A stretch of 64,000 nt of DNA, taken from positions 40,610,001-40,674,000 of the forward strand of contig CM069132.1 in assembly GCA_035221665.1 (NCBI GenBank), read 5' to 3'. The notes under the pieces were generated by a model that saw nothing but the letters and a program-made list of their open reading frames with translations, searched no databases and was not told the DNA's origin. How positions within the stretch are numbered: the first letter of the stretch is position 1; each line of letters starts with the position of its first letter. The DNA comes from Okamejei kenojei. Its lineage: Eukaryota. This document shows positions 63,171 through 64,000 of this stretch, piece by piece. Position numbers and translations under genes: made by a program.

Positions 63171-63558
63171 GGAGGTAGCGGCCCCACAATATCAACGTGG
63201 ACATGGTTGAAGCACCGGCGAGGCACTACGAACTCCCAAACTGGTGCCCAGAAGTGCCGCTGAACCTTCGATGTGTGACATGGAATGCACGTCCGGGCCC
63301 AATGCCGGACTTCCTTCCGCAACCCATGCCATATGAACCTCGCAGCAACCAACGCTACCGTAGCCCGGATAGACGGATGGGCCAATCCATGAATGGCATC
63401 GAAAAAGCGACAACGCCAGGCCGCCAGAACAATAGACCACGACTGCCCCGTGGAGACATCACAGAGGACGGTAACGCCGGCGGGACCCGGTATGGCAGTT
63501 CGGTATGCCGACATCTTCTCGTCCACCAGCTGCGCCACCGCCAATGTGGAATAGTCAA
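63171..63558 (-). pseudogene. Gypsy integrase N-terminal fragment, inverted relative to its parent element
   Basis: HGLAHPSIRAT...WHGLRKEVRHWARTCIPC...HVHVDIVGPLP. Confidence 0.88.
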
Positions 63559-64000
63559 GGAGCTCGTGGGCTCCTTTGACTTGGTACACATCTGGAGGGA
63601 CCTCCACCCCGACTCTAGGGCCTTTTCCAGGAGGTCAGAGGGGGGTGGGTCTCGCATCGACCGCCTGTATATTTCTCGGGTGTACGTCTCCCGCATCTCG
63701 GCGACCTCCATGCTGCCGGTGCCGTGCTCGGACCACCACCTGGTGTGGGCAGAGTTTACCCTGCTGGGCATGAGGGGAGGTTCCACATACTGGCATTTTA
63801 ACAACTGGCTTGCTGGAGGATCGCCGCTTCCGGGGCTCGTTTGAGAGGTTCTGGAATACCTGGAAGGGGAAGCGGGGAGGATCTCACTCCCTGCGGCTAT
63901 GGTGGGATGTGGGCAAGGCCCACATCCGGAGTTTCTGTCAGGAGTACACTAGAGGGTCGACCAAGAGATGCAATTCCACGATCAGACAGCTCGGGAGCGA
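63559..64000 (+). mobile_element. Tx1 endonuclease C-terminal region, continuing past the window end
   Basis: LVHIWRDLHP...SRIDRLYIS...SDHHLV...YWHFNN...WWDVGKAHIR. Confidence 0.85.

Overview
Eukaryotic, repeat-dominated DNA with no prokaryotic operon, CRISPR array, rRNA or bona fide tRNA gene. The repeat content (CR1-type LINEs, HE1-like V-SINEs, Penelope-type fold-back repeats) suggests a cartilaginous fish, possibly a skate or ray; this is inference. Contents: a long CR1 LINE (176-3288) abutting a DIRS remnant, a nearly intact DIRS1-type tyrosine-recombinase retrotransposon (31688-36636), two Ty3/Gypsy elements, a near full-length Rex1/Babar LINE, L1, Tx1 and RTE fragments, a decayed gag-only ERV with a tRNA-Pro PBS, two PIF/Harbinger-like MITEs, a 21-bp minisatellite and a probable terminal exon of an unidentified host gene (25179-25253). 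The best candidate for an undescribed system is a 137-bp TSD-flanked retroposon (13028-13164, minus strand). Its first 54 nt fit a minimal HDV-like self-cleaving ribozyme whose predicted cleavage site is exactly the element 5' end, and it ends in an RTE-type (GAA)n tail. Penelope-derived repeats carrying minimal hammerhead ribozyme motifs also recur across the window. All calls are by eye; boundaries of decayed repeats are approximate.
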